This document shows, piece by piece, positions 62,713 through 64,000 of a stretch of DNA of 64,000 bases. Where the stretch lies: positions 68,324,001-68,388,000 of the forward strand of contig NC_079168.1 in the NCBI RefSeq assembly GCF_947568905.1. The letters are read 5' to 3'. The DNA is from Ostrea edulis. Its lineage: Eukaryota. Numbering within the stretch: position 1 is the first letter of the stretch; every line of letters begins with the position of its first letter. The notes beneath the pieces were generated by a model. It saw only the letters and a program-made list of their open reading frames with translations. It did no database searches and had not been told where the DNA came from. The translations under genes were made by a program, and so were the position numbers.

Positions 62713-64000
62713 TCAATAAATTACTGTAGGAAAAGTTTTACTTCTCAGAAAAGCGTGAACAACTTGAGAGCAGAAGAAATAACGTTAATTAAAGTAGGGG
62801 TCTAGTAGCGTGACGTCATGTCCGGATCAAACTCCGGTATTGGTTCACGTACTTTTATTATCAAACGTATTTTTACATTTACCTGGATGTTTTTTAAAAT
62901 TTAGTAAAATGAATACAATAACACTCAATCACTTATATTTGAGTAGACTATGGCTCCAATCTTCTTTCCATTTTTTGTCATCTAATTCACACATAAAACC
63001 AGAGGTACATATTTGTTTAATTGATATACAGGGGTATTACATGTTTTAAAAATTATCTGTAAATAAAAAGAAATTCATGATATGCAATAATGCACTTGTG
63101 GAATTAAATAAAACAATTCTGCACTTGTTATATATTTGTTATCTTGTTATATATTTGTTATCTTCTATTATGCGAAAATCATCTTCAAAATGGCTATTTT
63201 GGCCAAAAAATGTAAATATAAATTGAGATGCTGTGAAAATATTATACTGAGAAAGGGCAGATTTTTTAAATGTATTTTAACAAGCATTCACATGTGAACA
63301 TAATATATGAGTTTGAATGAAAAATCACAAATCAAATTTTCAAAATATTCATATTAGTGGTGTTGCAGTGCCGTATTTTTGACTTGTATTGTATTGTATT
63401 GGGTTCAATTTTGTACCACCATTATTAAAAAACATGAAACTGTGTTAAAATTTCACTTTTAATTATTTAGTTAGACATATTTATGTCGTATTTGAGGAAA
63501 AAAATTGCAGCATCATACCTCAAACAAAATTTTATGGACATATTTTAGAACTTCTTCAATGAATTCTGATATTGCCGTTTGACAAATGGGGGTACACGTA
63601 ATAAAAATACCATAATTTACTCATTATACTGACAACCCCCCATTTTTTTGTTTTTATCATACCCTCAAATGAACAATCTAAGTATTTAAACTCAATTTTT
63701 TTTTTTAGAAATCACAAGTAGGTCCTTGACTAGGGACCTCCCTTAATCATTATTGTTGTTTTAGATACATTGTATGATGTGTCACAGAATTATTTGTTCC
63801 AAAGAAGATAAATTATCATCATTATTTTAATAGTAAAATGCATGTTCAATTCTGATTATTCAATTAATTTGAATTCCTTAATATTCATTACATATCTACA
63901 ATGCAAATGGCCAGTTCCTGACATTATTCAGTTTGAAAGTGAAAAGCACTTGAATCACTACACTAAAGTAAAAGGTTATAGCATGTCACGTGCACATTTC

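Overview
AT-rich animal genomic DNA, most likely a bivalve and probably an oyster. This rests on a ~160-bp HindIII (Cg170-like) satellite inside a Helentron-type element, mollusc-type SINEs and an expanded C1q locus. The core is a cluster of paralogous triple-C1q genes that I assembled by hand from splice sites and intron phases. Gene A (minus, 21199->13052, 6 exons, 593 aa) reads signal peptide - PAN/apple - short Cys-rich EGF-like segment - sushi - C1q x3. Gene B (minus, C1q exons 47305->41999) has the same three C1q exons, but upstream lie six phase-compatible exons encoding two Ly6/uPAR(LU)-like modules (55842->53280); its first exon was not found. The terminal exon of a third paralog lies on the plus strand at 1-370. 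Most of these exons are missed or mis-framed by the ORF track. The rest is repeats: a full-length Mag-like Gypsy element with identical LTRs but an RNase H active-site substitution, about a dozen Naiad-like Penelope fragments, three intact minimal hammerhead ribozymes from two families, several SINE families, Tc1, L1/Tx1 and THAP remnants, two TIR elements, HINE-type elements and four tandem arrays.
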